A DNA stretch of 64,000 nucleotides, from the NCBI RefSeq assembly GCF_009914755.1, contig NC_060931.1; one strand, given 5' to 3'. The translations under genes were made by a program, and so were the position numbers. Shown piece after piece: positions 1 to 13,689 of the stretch. Below the pieces are notes generated by a model. That model was given only the letters and a program-made list of their open reading frames with translations, was not told where the DNA came from and ran no database searches. The number at the start of each line of letters is the position of its first letter. The first letter of the stretch is position 1. This DNA comes from the human T2T-CHM13v2.0 reference genome, Homo sapiens.

Positions 1-24
1 TTCAACAGATTGTATGGTGGCAAG
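1..24 (+). CDS. 3' end of penultimate coding exon (partial; ...FNRLYGGK)
   Basis: TTC AAC AGA TTG TAT GGT GGC AAG is followed by a strong donor AAG|GTAATT at 24/25. Phase 0 matches the acceptor at 16687 and gives a continuous ...[17 protein letters not shown]... The frame is inferred because the exon start lies outside the window. Confidence 0.65.
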
Positions 25-67
25 GTAATTATTATCTCTAAACTAAAGGTGTATTGGTTCATAGTTC

Positions 68-359
68 TTTTTTTTTTTTTTTTTCAGACAGAGTTTCACT
101 CTTGTTGCCCAGGCTGGAGTGCAATGGCGCAATCTCGGCTCACCACAACCTCCCGGATTAAAGCGATTCTCCTGCCTCTACCTCCTGAGTAGCTGAGATT
201 ATAGGTGTGCGCCACAACACCCGGCCAATTTTGTATTTTTAGTAGAGATGGGTTTCTCCATGTTGATCAGGCTGGTCTTGAACTCCTGACCCTAGGTGAT
301 CCACCCCTCTCGGCCTCCCAAAGTGCTGGGATTACAGGTGTGAGCCAGCGTGCCTTTCC
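68..359 (-). mobile_element. AluS (AluSp-like)
   Basis: Poly-T then reverse Alu body. TSD ggttcatagttctttt at 56 and 360. Confidence 0.95.
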
Positions 360-711
360 GGTTCATAGTTCTTTTATATAGCTATGACATTTATGCCCTA
401 AGTCATCTTGAGTTGCGTGAATTCATCACACACACAGTGAATAACTAGTGGTGGAGATTTGAAGTGAAACTGATCTACCAATGTGGGGATGGAGGGATGA
501 TAGACTAACATAATTTCCATAATTTGCATCATACTGAAGCAACATATTATTATATAAACAAAATTACATAGTGAACTGAAACTATAGGAAAGATGGCAAG
601 ATAAACCTATTAGGGAATATAGTTTGAAATAATGTGTCATGGCTGTGATGAAATTGTAATGGAAAACAATAGCTTGGAGTTCTTTGAATATAACTCACTC
701 TTTAAAAGATT

Positions 712-1024
<313 letters not shown>

Positions 1025-1826
1025 TCAAAGGATTTTCCTACCTTTTTTTTTTTTTTTTTTTTTGCTTGTTTTTATTTTGGTTACCAGTTAGCATTCCATT
1101 AGCATGTTTTTTATGGGTATTTATTTGAAAATCAACATTTGACTTTCAAATGTGGAATTAAATGGACTTTGCTGCCTTTTTAATAATACTTTTTTTGTGA
1201 TTGAAGAATTTAAATGACTAGGTGAGATTTTGTAAAATGGTGTAAAGGAGAAACACCTCCAAATAATCATGTTTATACTAATCCTCACTGAGTATCCTCA
1301 TTTTCTTGGGATAAACCTCGGTCTGAATTCTGATATTTAGATTTGCAAGCTCATCCATTCAAATTTGTTCAAGTTCTATGTGTTTTTGTGAAACTGAAGA
1401 GGTTAATATGCAGACTGCAAGGCTAAGTTGGCAGTTTGCCTTGTAAAACAGAATTTGTCAGGTGAATTGTGAATACAGGTTTTAGCTGGTCAGTACAGTT
1501 TACACATTTTATTCTTTTCCTTTTTTCTTTAATAAATGTGTATCAATGCCTGGTATTGCTAGACAGTGAAGGGATGTGGGTGTCTTGGCATGATCCTGTG
1601 TCTTGAGGACTTTGCTGTCAACATCAACAGTAAGAAGTCTGCTATAAAAAAACTTTGTACAAATTGCCAAGAGAGCATAGAGGCAAACCTGGGGCAGGGG
1701 TACAGGTGTCCTCAACAATATGACATTTGAACTGAGTCTTGACATCTTGTTCCATGAAGTAAATAAGGACATTCCAAATAGAATATATGGCTGCTGATGC
1801 ATGGATGGGTATAGAATATTTGGGAA

Positions 1827-2466
1827 TGTAAACCAGAAACTATCTGAGACAAGTCTAAACCAATTAACTTAGTAGTTTTTTGTCAAAGTTAAGGACATGC
1901 TCGTGACACAGCCTCAGGAGGTCCTGACATCATATGCCCTAGGTGGTTGGGCAACAGCTTGCTTTATACATTTTAGGGGACATAAGACATCAGTAAATAC
2001 ATGTAAGATGTACATTGGTTCAGTCTGGAAAGCGGGAAGAACTCAAATTGGGGAGGGTGGGAGTTCCAGGTCATAGGGGGAATTCAAAGATTTTCTGATG
2101 GGCAATTGGTTGAAAGAGTTTAAAGACCTGAAATCAATAAAAGGGAGTGTCCGGGTTAAGATAAGGGGTTGTGGAGAGGAAGGTTCTTGTTATGCAGATG
2201 AAGTCTCCTGATAGTAGCTTTTGGAGAGAACAGATTGTAAGACTTACTGAGTCTGTTCTGTTAGTTTTAAGGTTTCTGTTTTAATGTTAATGCTGGTCAG
2301 CTGTGCCTGAATTCCAAAGGGAAGAAGGTATGATCAGGCATGTCTGACCACCCTTTCCCATCATGGCCTGAACTAATATTTCAGGTTTACTTTAGAATGC
2401 CCTTGGCCAAGAGAAGGGGCCAGTTAGTTGGCGGGGGGGGGCTTAGAATTTTATTTTAGGTTTACA
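1827..2466 (-). mobile_element. ERV1 solo LTR, MER4 family
   Basis: TG...CA ends. The reverse complement starts tgtaaacctaaaataaaattctaagccccc. 4-bp TSD ggaa at 1823-1826 and 2467-2470. Confidence 0.85.
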
Positions 2467-2803
2467 GGAATTATAGGTAGTTTGTAATGATGCTGGTGAA
2501 ATAAGGAGCCAGATGAAGGACCTTATAGAATAGTAGAAATAATAATTGCTGTCTAAAAGTTATTAATTCAGCATAGAACAATGCATAATGGATTTTATGA
2601 CTAAACTTAAAATGGATTTTATGTACTTTTTCCACTATAGTGTCTCACTCAGGGCATCAAAATACTAATTTGACTGATCTAGGCACTTTCTTTCTTGACA
2701 ATGCTTGATAAAATTTTACAACTTTCAGTGATTTTTTTTTTTTTCTTTTCATGCCAAGGCAGTTAAAGAGGAGTGTGTTAGGGTGGATTTACGTGTAACC
2801 ACC

Positions 2804-3168
2804 TGATATGGTTTGGATGTGTGTCCCCACCCAAATCTCATGTCAAATTGGAGGAGGGGCCTGGTGGGAGGTGACTGGATTATGGGGCAGATTTCCCCCT
2901 TGCTGTTCTCACGATAGTGAGTTCTCACAAGATCTGATGGTTTAAAAGTGTGTAGCACTTCCCCCCTTGGCTCTCTCTCCTGCTGCTATGTGAAAAAGGT
3001 GCTCGCTTTTTGTTCATCTTCTGCTATGATTGTACATTTCCTGAGGCCTCCCAGTCATGTTTCCTGTTAAGGCTACCAAACTGTGAGTCAAAGAAACCTC
3101 TTTTCTTCAAAAATTACCCAGTCTCAGGTAGTTTTTTTAATAGAGAAGTGTGAGAACAGACTAATACA
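2804..3168 (+). mobile_element. MSTA-like ERVL-MaLR LTR
   Basis: tgatatggtttggatgtgtgtccccacccaaatctcatg ... gagaacagactaataca. Decayed 5-bp TSD ccacc/ctgct. Confidence 0.88.
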
Positions 3169-3517
3169 CTGCTCAATGTGTTCACCAGGCCTGCTGCCTA
3201 GACAGAGCCAATTTATCAAAACGGGAATTGCCATAGAGAAAGAGTAATTCACACATAGTCGGCTGTACAGGAGATTAGTTTATTATTATTCAAATCAATC
3301 TCTCCAAGCATTTGGGATCAGGGTTTTTAAGGAAAATTTGGTGGGTGGGGGACAGTGAGTCTAGAGTGCCGATTGGTGGGGTCAGAGATAAAATCATACA
3401 GAGTTGAAGCTATCCTCTTGCACTGGGTGGGGGGCCCACAGATCAGATGAGCCAGTTTATCGATCTGGGTGGTGCTAGCTGATCCAAGTGCAGGGGCTGC
3501 AAAACAAGCACTGATCT

Positions 3518-3937
3518 TGACAGAGGCAGGAGGCAGACAAATGCCTAGGTAGATAGGGAAGGGTCCCTAGTGAATCTCTGATCCATCCACAAGTGTTTAC
3601 ACTGGATGTTTTTGTGCAGATAAGGGAATACCTGCACAGGGTCTTGCCTGGGCATGCCCACAGTGAACTAGAGGCCCACGTGCACTGGGGGGAATGGGGT
3701 AGAGCCACCAGGAATTCATGCTTTGTGCAGGGGAGGAGCCTGGTCTCTTCAGCTTATGTGTGGGAGCCCTGGTATTCAGTCTGTGAGGTGGGAGCTTGCT
3801 GGCGGGACCCCCTCTTTTTGCCTAATGAATTCTGCCCTCATCACCCTTCAACGTGTTCACGTGCCTAATTTTTCCTGGTCATGAGACAAGAACTTGGATT
3901 TAGCTGAACTAAGCTTAGAGCAAAAAATCCTGCATCA
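3518..3937 (+). mobile_element. MER61-like ERV1 solo LTR
   Basis: tgacagaggcaggaggcagacaaatgcctagg ... aaaaatcctgcatca. Perfect 4-bp TSD atct at 3514-3517 and 3938-3941. Confidence 0.75.
3640..3659. promoter_or_regulatory. p53 response element (19/20 match, no spacer)
   Basis: GGTCTTGCCT GGGCATGCCC against RRRCWWGYYY x2. Motif match only. Confidence 0.6.
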
Positions 3938-4268
3938 ATCTTAAGTTTCACAACAGTGATATTATCCCCAGGAGCAATTTGGGGGAGGGTCAGAATCTTG
4001 TAGCCTCCAGCTGCATGAGTCTGAAATCATAATCTTTTGGCTAATTTGTTAGTCCTACAACAGCAGTCTAGTTCCCAGGCAAGAAGGGGGTTTGTTTTGG
4101 GAAAGATTGTGTTATATTTGTTTCAAACTGTAAACTAAATTCTCCCAAAGTTAATTCAACCTGTGCCCAGGAATGAATAAGGCTACCTTGGACATGAGAA
4201 GCAAGATGGAGTTGGTTAGGTCAGATCTCTTTCACTGTCTCAGTTATAATTTTGCAATGATGGTTTCA

Positions 4269-4410
4269 ATCCCTTCCTTTGGGTTTTATAACACCTTAAT
4301 CTTAAGGTGTGGGCTAGTGAAGATGGAAAAAGTGTGACACCTGCTCTAACTTCTTCCTGCTAACCGGGGGTGTAATTGGGATAGGTGTTGACTCCAAGGT
4401 GAGAGGTTTC
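4269..4410 (-). mobile_element. ERV internal fragment with polypurine tract adjoining the LTR8-like LTR
   Basis: The reverse complement aaaggaagggat directly precedes TGAAACC. No TSD around the LTR. Distal boundary approximate. Confidence 0.55.
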
Positions 4411-4736
4411 ATACACTTGGCTTTTGTGTTTTCTTCATGCCTTTTACATTTTTTATTATGTTACTTAACTAATTTTTGTTCCCTTTTCTTTTAGCCTATA
4501 AATAAATATCCTGTTCATTTCTTACATACTTATTCTTATATTCTCCTTTAGTGAGTAAGCTATCTTATTTGTTTGATATTTTAGTTTGATTACAGATATG
4601 TAGACTCTGGGTAACGTGAAATGTGATTGTGATAATGCTACACTCTTTCATTTGGTTAATTAGAATAACAAATGCAGAAGATAACTTGTAAGACATTAGA
4701 ATATATTTAAATTTTCTGTTAAAATTTGCCTTTCAG

Positions 4737-5004
4737 GGCTGGGTGCGGTGGCTCACGCCTGTAATCCCAGCACTTTGGGAGGCCGACGGATCACTTGAGG
4801 TCAGGAGTTCAAGACCAGCCTGGCCAGCGTGTTGAAACCCTGCCTCTACTAAAAATACAAAAGTTAGCTGGGCATGGTGGTGGGCGCCTGTAATCCCAGG
4901 TACTTGGGAGGCTGAGGCAGGAGGATCACTTGAATGTAGTGAGCTAAGATCGCGGCGCTGCACTCCAGCCTGGGCAACAAGAGCGAAACTGTCTCAAAAA
5001 AAAA
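4737..5004 (+). mobile_element. AluS with small internal deletions
   Basis: ggctgggtgcggtggctcacgcc ... gtctcaaaaaaaaa. Confidence 0.92.
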
Positions 5005-5786
5005 GTATTAATATCATGATCGTCTGCTTTGGATCAGTATTACCCCAAATTGAACTGTGTGAAAGTACTGTCAATTTCAATATATATCAAATATAATTTT
5101 TAAAATACTTGATTTGATGTAACTCACTTGATGTTATAATAGATTCCTTTGGAGAGTAAGAATTATGCAGATTGCTATACATTTTTTTGGTGACAGCTAT
5201 AATGTAAATAATTTGTTATAAAACATACTAATTTTATTTTCTCAATAAATTGGTGATTTTCTAAACAGATTACATCAAAATAGAATTTGAATGCATCATG
5301 TCCTTTAGTTTATATAATTTTTTTAAATATAGAATTAACCTGCATTACAGATGAACAGGTAGTTAAAAATCTATTGCTAAATGCAGTTTTTCTGTAGAGT
5401 GAAAAGAAAAAGCCTGATTATAAAAAATGTAAAAAAAGAAAAAATTATAGTTTTGAACTCTTTATGTTTTTAATGTCTGCGAGTGAAATTTTTTGTTCTA
5501 TTTTCTTAACTATTACAATTTAGTTGTTTTTGATGACTAATATTGATAGTAAAATAATTGGAAGAATTTTTTCAAAAGCCTTTTTTGAGTTTTGTATATT
5601 AGCTTTATAAGCTGTTTTTTGTTCCCCATCAATTTTTAAATCAGTAGTGTATATACATTCTTATCTAATTGGATCATTGTCATCCTTAGGTATTACAGTT
5701 AAACTTATTTTCTTGCTACTTTGCTAGAACCCATCCTCACCTCCATTGAGGTATAAGTGAGTAAGGTAAGGAGTTGGCTAGTTCGT

Positions 5787-5965
5787 TTTTTTTTTTTTAA
5801 CGTAACAGCTTTACTGTGGTGTCATTGATGCATAGTGAACCACACATATTAATGTGTATACTTGGGTGAGTTTTGAAATATGTATACACCCATGAAACTG
5901 TCACCACATTCAAGATAACAAAAATCTATTACTCCAGAAAGTTTCCTTGTGCCTCACTGTATTCT
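5787..5965 (-). mobile_element. Old L1M 3' end fragment
   Basis: Poly-T followed by aacagcttta...tatacacccatgaaac...ccagaaagtttccttgtgcc. Confidence 0.65.
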
Positions 5966-8586
5966 AATATTACTAAAGAATAAATTAAAGGTTATATATA
6001 AAACATAAAATGTACAAGTAGTCCATTCACCTAAATGATCAGGAAAATGTATTTTTAAAATTAGTTTTATGAATACATTTTTAGATTAAGTAAAATAAGT
6101 TATGTAATATTACCTTAAGTACAATGCTATTATTGTTTCTGGGAACTTTGGGATGAATTTCATAAACAAGAATGTGCTTATTTTCTGTGCTGACTTCTCA
6201 TTTCTGACATTATGACATTTGATTTGTAAGTGTCCAATATCATGGACATAGAGTTTATAGTAGACAAATATAAAGAATATTTGTGAACTAGGTTTTCTAT
6301 AACATTTCCTTACTACTTCCTTAGCCAAGAACTTTCTACGTTCTTGCTTTTTTTTCTTTTTATCTTTGCTGTGCTGTGTCACAACTAACACCTTTTTTTG
6401 CTCATCTCTGGGAGTCACAGGTGAATCTTGAGTTTGGTTTACAGAGGAACCTGGGGAATTTGACTTCACAGAGGCTAAGCTTCATGGCCACCTGAGAAAT
6501 TGACTTATTAGTGACACTAGTGTTACTTTCTATTCTTTGCACTCTGTATATCAAAGAGTTATATATTACAAGTGTTTGTGGGCTAAGAAATAGCATGTAT
6601 AAGCTATCAATCATCTTTGACTTGAAAATCATAAAACCTCGTCAGAATGAGCCCAAGAAACCAAATTTATTATCATTGCCAACATAGGTTCTTTTTTCTT
6701 TTTCTATAATATATTCTGTATTAATGACTTGGGCAGATGTGCTTCAAATCCCCAAAGTGTCTTTGAATTTAGTTATTGTAATTCAGGTAACTTTCAGGTT
6801 TCTTGTGGAGAGGAGTGTTTTTTGTTTTTGCTCCTCTAGGAGGCATGATATTTTTAATAAGTTCTCTAGGGAAAGCTTGACCAAATGCTCCCAACTTAGG
6901 TTTGTTGGTTCAGTGTTGCTAAAGAGAATCTTATAATAATTGAATAAATTTTGGGGGAAAGTTACCTTTTTCTTTCCTAGATAATAATTGGCTTTCCTTT
7001 GGTTGTTTACATTAAAGAATACAAATAATTTTTCAAAACTATAAAAAATTACTGTCATTTTAGCTATCCAGGAAGTTGTGAGAATAGTAGCACAATTTAT
7101 GCCTATTTTAAAGGGAATTTATAATTTTTGTAATTCAGAAGAAAGGCATCAGACTAATTCTGATTGTGACAGCATTTTTATGATTTAACCTAAAATCTTT
7201 TTTTATGCTATTGAGGAAATTATTTGTATATAAAATATTTAAAAAGTCAAGTTTTTAATGGGACATGTCATATAGTTTGGTATTTTCTTGAACTCTATAC
7301 AGTTGATGAGTACCTTAATAATGCTATTTTCATAAAATGTTTTAAACCATTTGGTTTTAGTATTAAAGGAGGCCTATGCTACATGCTTTTCTAAATAAGA
7401 ATAGCCTTTTGTGAGGCAACTAATTATCTTTATTTACAGAGCTTGACAGTTTGGATTTTCATATATCATTATTACTTTGGGGCCATTTAGTTGTAATTTT
7501 GTTTTAGAAAACACAGATGAGCAAATACTAGATATGTGATTAAACAAAATAATGAGAACTTAGATTTTCTTTTTTAAAGCTTGTGTTCAAATTATATTAA
7601 TTACAATCTGCAAAATTGCTTTGATCTCTGCTGTTAAGGACAAATGAAATACTGGAGCTGTAATTTCCTTATCCCCAAATTTTTCCTATAGCTATTCCTT
7701 CCTTTCTTTCCCTTTCATTTAGTTACTTAAATAATATTTATTATAAAATATCAAAACAGTACAGGGTTGAGGTGTTCAGAACAAAATATGAAAAACTATT
7801 CTTCAAAAGTTTCTGGCCATCCTTTCAGCCTCTGTTTAAATTTGTACATGTTTTGTAGCATATTCAAATAGCATATATCCATGATATTTTGCAAGTTGAT
7901 TATTTTACTTGGGAAGCTTTTCATGTCAGTACATGTTTGACCTTGTTCTTTTTAACTATTGCATGCTCTTTTGTAGTCTAGATGAACTATAGTTAATGTG
8001 ACCAATCGTTATACCTCTTTCTATATGCATGTATTTTTTAAGGGATGAATGGGTCCAGTAGCTTTTCTGCCTTCATAGTCCTGTTACTCAGAGTCCTCAA
8101 CTCTCCAAAATCCATTGTTTTCTTGGTTCTTGTCTTTCTGTGACTCTTATCACCTTTCCATATTCAAATCCAATTCTCTTCCAACACTGTTCATTATTGG
8201 AATCTTAAATTGTGGCCCATATTTGTTTATTGAACCAGTCAGTCTCAATCTCAATTTTTGTATGTCAGTTATATAAGGAATTTTATGCCACTTTGGTTCT
8301 AGCCTGTGGGGAATTTCAATGATTTACATTATAAATAAAAATATTAATGGTACACAAAGTGAATTATTAAATAAAGGTTCACCAGCTATGTGCTAAAGTG
8401 ACAGTTCTGAAATCCCACTGTTTTGATGAGGAAATTACTGTGAAACCTATTTAAAAATGATTTTGGTATGTCTTACTTGGATTTTAAAAATGTATATTGT
8501 AAAAAATTATTATAATAAGATGTTTAAGAAATATTTCTAGAAACAGAAGAAAAACTGGTAAATCAAGGCTTTATCAAAGAACTGTA

Positions 8587-8850
8587 AGCGGTCCCCTTTT
8601 GGGGATTGGTTTTGTGGAAGACAGTTTTTCTGCAGGTTGTAGGGGATGGTTTTGGGATGAAATGGCTCCACCTCAGATCATCAAGCATTATATTCTCATG
8701 AGGTGCACATAACCTAGATACTTTGCATAGGCAGTTCACAATAGGGTTCATGCTCCTGTAAGAATCTAATGCCACTGCTGACCTGACAGGAGGTAGAGCT
8801 CAGGTGGCAATGCTTGCCTGCTTCCTAGCAGGCTGTGGACTGCACCACTA
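8587..8850. mobile_element. MER1 (MER1B-like) hAT-Charlie MITE
   Basis: ggttttgtggaagacagttttt...ccacctcagatcatcaagcatta...gcagttcacaatagggttc...gaatctaatgcc. Confidence 0.8.
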
Positions 8851-9220
8851 CCTGGGAAGCTTTGTTGAGAAGAAATTTCAAACCCGTAGTTGAAAGTGAG
8901 AAGTTATTGAAATAGTTTTAGTTGAATGTTTCTAATTTTAAGTTACATATGAATATGTATATGCATGTGTATATATGCATTTTTTTAATTTAGAGAAATC
9001 TCAACCATATAAAATGTAGAGAAAATATAATGAACCACTGTGTACCTATCACTCGACTTCAACAGTTGTCAACTCATGGCCAATCAGGTTTCATCTGTAC
9101 CCCCACTTATTTCTCTTTCTCCCAGATTTTTAAATCACAAACATAAAATTTTTCTTAGGTATTTTAACGTAGACTCTTTAAAGTCATGACCATACTATTA
9201 TGTCACCTCCAAAATTAGAA

Positions 9221-9525
9221 TTTTTTTTTTTTTTTTTTTGAGATGAGAGTCTCACTCTCTCTCTCACCCAGGCTGGAGTGCAGTGGCGCGATCTCGGCTT
9301 ACTGCAAGCTCCGCCTCCCAGGTTGATGCCAGTCTCCTGCCTCAGCCTCCCGAATAGCTGGGACTACAGGCGCCCACCACCACGCCCGGCTAATTTTTTG
9401 TATTTTTAGTAGAGACGAGGTTTCACTGTGTTAGCCAGGATGATCTCAATCTCCTGACCTCATGATCTGCCCACCTCTGCCTCCCAAAGTGCTGGGATTA
9501 CAGGCGTGAGCCACCACACCTGGCC
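9221..9525 (-). mobile_element. AluY
   Basis: T19 tail, tgcaagctccgcctccc, gggactacaggcgccc. Confidence 0.93.
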
Positions 9526-9564
9526 AAAATAATTCTTAATACCAAACATCCAGTCAGTTTTTAA

Positions 9565-9914
<350 letters not shown>

Positions 9915-9949
9915 TAATTAGTCAATACACCTGTTAAATCTAAAATTCT

Positions 9950-10760
9950 TTTGTTAAGCTCTTTGAGTTAATTTTAGAGTTACAGAAGAGAGTTGCAAAG
10001 ATAGTACAGATTCCCTATACCTTTCTGCAGCTACTTCCCCTGTGATAGCCTACATAACTACAGTACTGTTATAGAAACTAAGAAGCTAACATTGATGCAA
10101 TATTATATTGTTAATTAAACTACAGAGTATATTCAGTTTCACCAGCTTTTAGAGGAATTGTTTCTTTCTGTTCCAGGGCCTGATGCAAGATCCTGCCTCA
10201 CATTTAGTCATCAGAGCTCCTTAGCTTCCTCTAATCTGTAATAGTTCCTTCCTTCCTTTTTCCTTGTCATTGATGGCCTTAAAACTTTTGAAGGGTACTG
10301 ATCAGTTATTTAATAGAGTGTCCCTTAATTGAACTTTATCTGATGTTTTCTTATGATTAGATTGAGGTTGTGCATTATTGGGAAGAATACCACCGAGGTG
10401 ATACATCCTCTCAGTGCCTAATTATCGGGAGGTACATGAGGGCAGTGTGACTTACTACTGGTCATGTTTACCTTGATCATTTCATTGAGGTGGTATCTTT
10501 CAGCTTTCTTCACTGTAAAGTTGCTATTTTTCCTTTATTACTTCTGAGACTGGCGTTGTTATGTAGTTTTTCATAGTCTGAATCATGCTGATTGCATTCC
10601 CATGGTGATGTTTAACACTTAGGTCTCTTGTGTTTCCTGTAAATTGATAATTAGATGTAGAGGCTTACTAGGTGTATTTTTTTGTTTGTTTTTGGTTTTC
10701 TTGTTGTTGTTGTTTTGGTAATATGTACTAATATCAGAAGACATGTAATATCTGGTTGTT
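9950..10760 (-). mobile_element. Old L1MC/L1ME 3' fragments
   Basis: acagaag...gttgcaaagatagtacaga...ccttgatca...cactgtaaagtt motifs. Boundaries approximate. Confidence 0.6.
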
Positions 10761-10944
10761 TCTCTATGTTATTCCTTGAAATGGTTTATTTAGTTTGATT
10801 CTAAATGCTGGTAAGAAGAAATCTAATATAGTTCATTTCTATTCTTTAAAAACATCTGTATAATAGATAAATGAGTTCTAAAATTGAAGTAATTTAAGAT
10901 AATTTATAATTTGATTGTTTTCTTAATGTTATTAAACTGACACT

Positions 10945-11187
10945 TTTTTAGATTTTAATTTTAGGTTTGAGGGTACATGTGAAGGTTTGTTGCATAGGTA
11001 AACTTGTGTCATGGGGGTTTGTTGTACAGATTAGTTCATCACCTAGTCATTAAGCCCAATATCCAATAGTTATCTTTTCTGTTCCTTCTTCCACCCTTAT
11101 GTAGGTGTCTGTTGTTCCCCTCTTTGTGTTCGTGAGTTCTCATCATTTAGCTCCCACTTACAAGTGAGAATGTGTGATGTTTGGTTT
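10945..11187 (-). mobile_element. L1PB/L1PA16-like 3' end
   Basis: ggtacatgtgaaggtttgttgcataggtaaacttgtgtcatggggg...tttagctcccacttacaagtgagaa. Confidence 0.85.
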
Positions 11188-11504
11188 ACTAAAAACTAAG
11201 CAGTCCTCTTGCCTTGGCCTCCCAAAGCTCTGGGATTACAGGTGTGAGCCAGTGTGCTCGACCATACCAGTAATTTAATAGTATCAATTTGATTCAGACT
11301 ATAAGCAAGTTTAATATACAGGTAGAGAATTAGAGAGTACAGTGAAGGCATAGCTGGCCTTATAATATTTAATTGTTCTATCACTGACAAACTGGTACTA
11401 CAGCTTCTCTGCCTTTTCAAAAACTCTAGTGGGAAACAGTATAGCATGAACGTTAGTTTTTTTCTACTAGGAGACTTTAAGACTGTGTTTCTGTAGTTCA
11501 CTGC

Positions 11505-11889
11505 TGTATTAATTTCCTGTGTCTGCTGTAATAAATTACCACAGCCTGACTTAAAACAATGGTAGTGTATTCTGGAGAGGCCTAATTAAAGAGTGAGAGG
11601 CTCTAGGGAAGAAATCCACATCTTTCAGCTTCTGGTGGATCCAGGATTCCCTTGAATTATGGCCATATCGCTCCAAACTTATTTTTTCTTCATATCACAT
11701 TCTCCTCTGTATGCCTAATTTATCTCATCCCCTCTAAGAATACTTGTGACCGTATTTTCAGGACCATCAGGATAATCTCATCTCAGAATCCTCAATCACA
11801 CTTGCAAAACCTATAATATACATATAAGGTAACACAGTTTCAGAGATTAGGACTTGACATATTTTGGGGACACCATTCAGCCCACTGCA
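11505..11889 (-). mobile_element. MLT1 (MLT1C-like) MaLR LTR
   Basis: tgtattaatttcctg...aaattaccaca...ccattcagcccactgca. Confidence 0.7.
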
Positions 11890-12894
11890 CCTGCTCTCAC
11901 CATACTCAAAAGTGTCTCTCTTCGACAGCTTTCTGCTACTTGAAGCAGCTGCTTAACTTACCCTGAGGAAGCACTGCACATTCTCTTTGGTTCAAGAGAG
12001 CAATCATAGGGAATCTTCTAACTTTCGGGATAGCATTATTCTTAGAAGCCAGCATAACAGTTTGAAACCAAAGGATGCTGTTAGTTAATGTGTAGTGTAG
12101 TATTTTTCTGTTCTGAGTCTCTTCCCTCCAGGTAGATATGCTTGGCGGGGTGACTTAGTCATAAATTCACATTTTACTGCTGCTTCTTCCTATATCTGGA
12201 AACCTCCAAATTGTGGTCCTGAAGTTATTTTTATTTTGGCCATTTTTCTCTCTTGCCAGGAAAGGAATGCTGTTGCAAGTACATGGAGTCAAAGACTAGT
12301 CGGTAATGGGTGGTGTACGGGCGAAAGGTTGGGTTTTTTTGTTTCCTTTTCGTGAGTCTTTCTACCCAAGATGTTCATTCATTGATCATTTCTCACACAT
12401 GAAATGTATTTCTACTTTCCATAAGAAACATTATTCCCATAATTATTATAAATTACACCCTAAGTGAAATATTCTCTGAAATTATGCACAAAGTTATGAA
12501 AATTTTCAAAAATGGGAAAGTTATGTATTCACCACTCAGATTTAACAAATATTAATATTTTGAAATATTTAGTTCACTTTTTTAAAGTAAATAAATATTA
12601 AAAGGTACAGCTAAAATTCCATTCCCCTTTCTTACTCCTCAGAGGTAATCAGGATCCTGATGTTGGTTGTTTCCATGCTTGTTTTTATGTTTTGTACATT
12701 TGCATGTATTTGTAAATGATATATATATTTTTAAACTTTTAAAAAAGATTTTTGCTTTATTTTTCAACAATTTAACTATCATATGCTTAGGTATAGTATT
12801 TTGTATTCTGCTTGGAACTTGCTAAGCTTCTTGAATTTATTTTTCCTTAAAATATTCATTAAAATTCATAAAACTTTATAAAAATAAGATATCC

Positions 12895-13246
<352 letters not shown>

Positions 13247-13689
13247 TTAAACTTACGGTAGATCTTTTGGCATTGTTTCACAGATCACTGATCTTTTACT
13301 CATTTTTTAAATAGTTTTGTTCTGTTTAAAACTGGATAATTTCTATTGCTGTATTTTCAAGTTCATGAATCTTCATCTCCAGTCTACTATTAAGTGACAT
13401 TTAAAAAATTCCAGATAGTGCATTTTTGAGTTCTAGAATTTATTTGGTTCTTATAATTCCTCATTCTCTGCTGAGATTTATCTGCCCCATTTATGATGAC
13501 CGTATTTTCTTTTACATACTTAACATTTATAGTACCTGCTTTAAAATCTATCTCTGCTTATTCTAATGTCTGAATAATCTCAGGCACTGGTCTCCATTGA
13601 TTGCCTCTTCTCTTAACTGTGTTTGTAATAATTTTTAATTTTTTTCCTGGACACTGTAAATGATACATTGTAGAGACATTATTCTAGAT

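Larger units (their letters stand above)
2794..4268 (-). mobile_element. LTR8-like ERV1 LTR, interrupted by two nested LTRs
   Basis: The reverse complement starts tgaaaccatcattgcaaaattataactgagacagtgaaagagatc. The other end, tgtaacc(g)cc...caatgtgttcacc...ctgcctagacagagcc, is split by an MST insertion. Confidence 0.8.
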
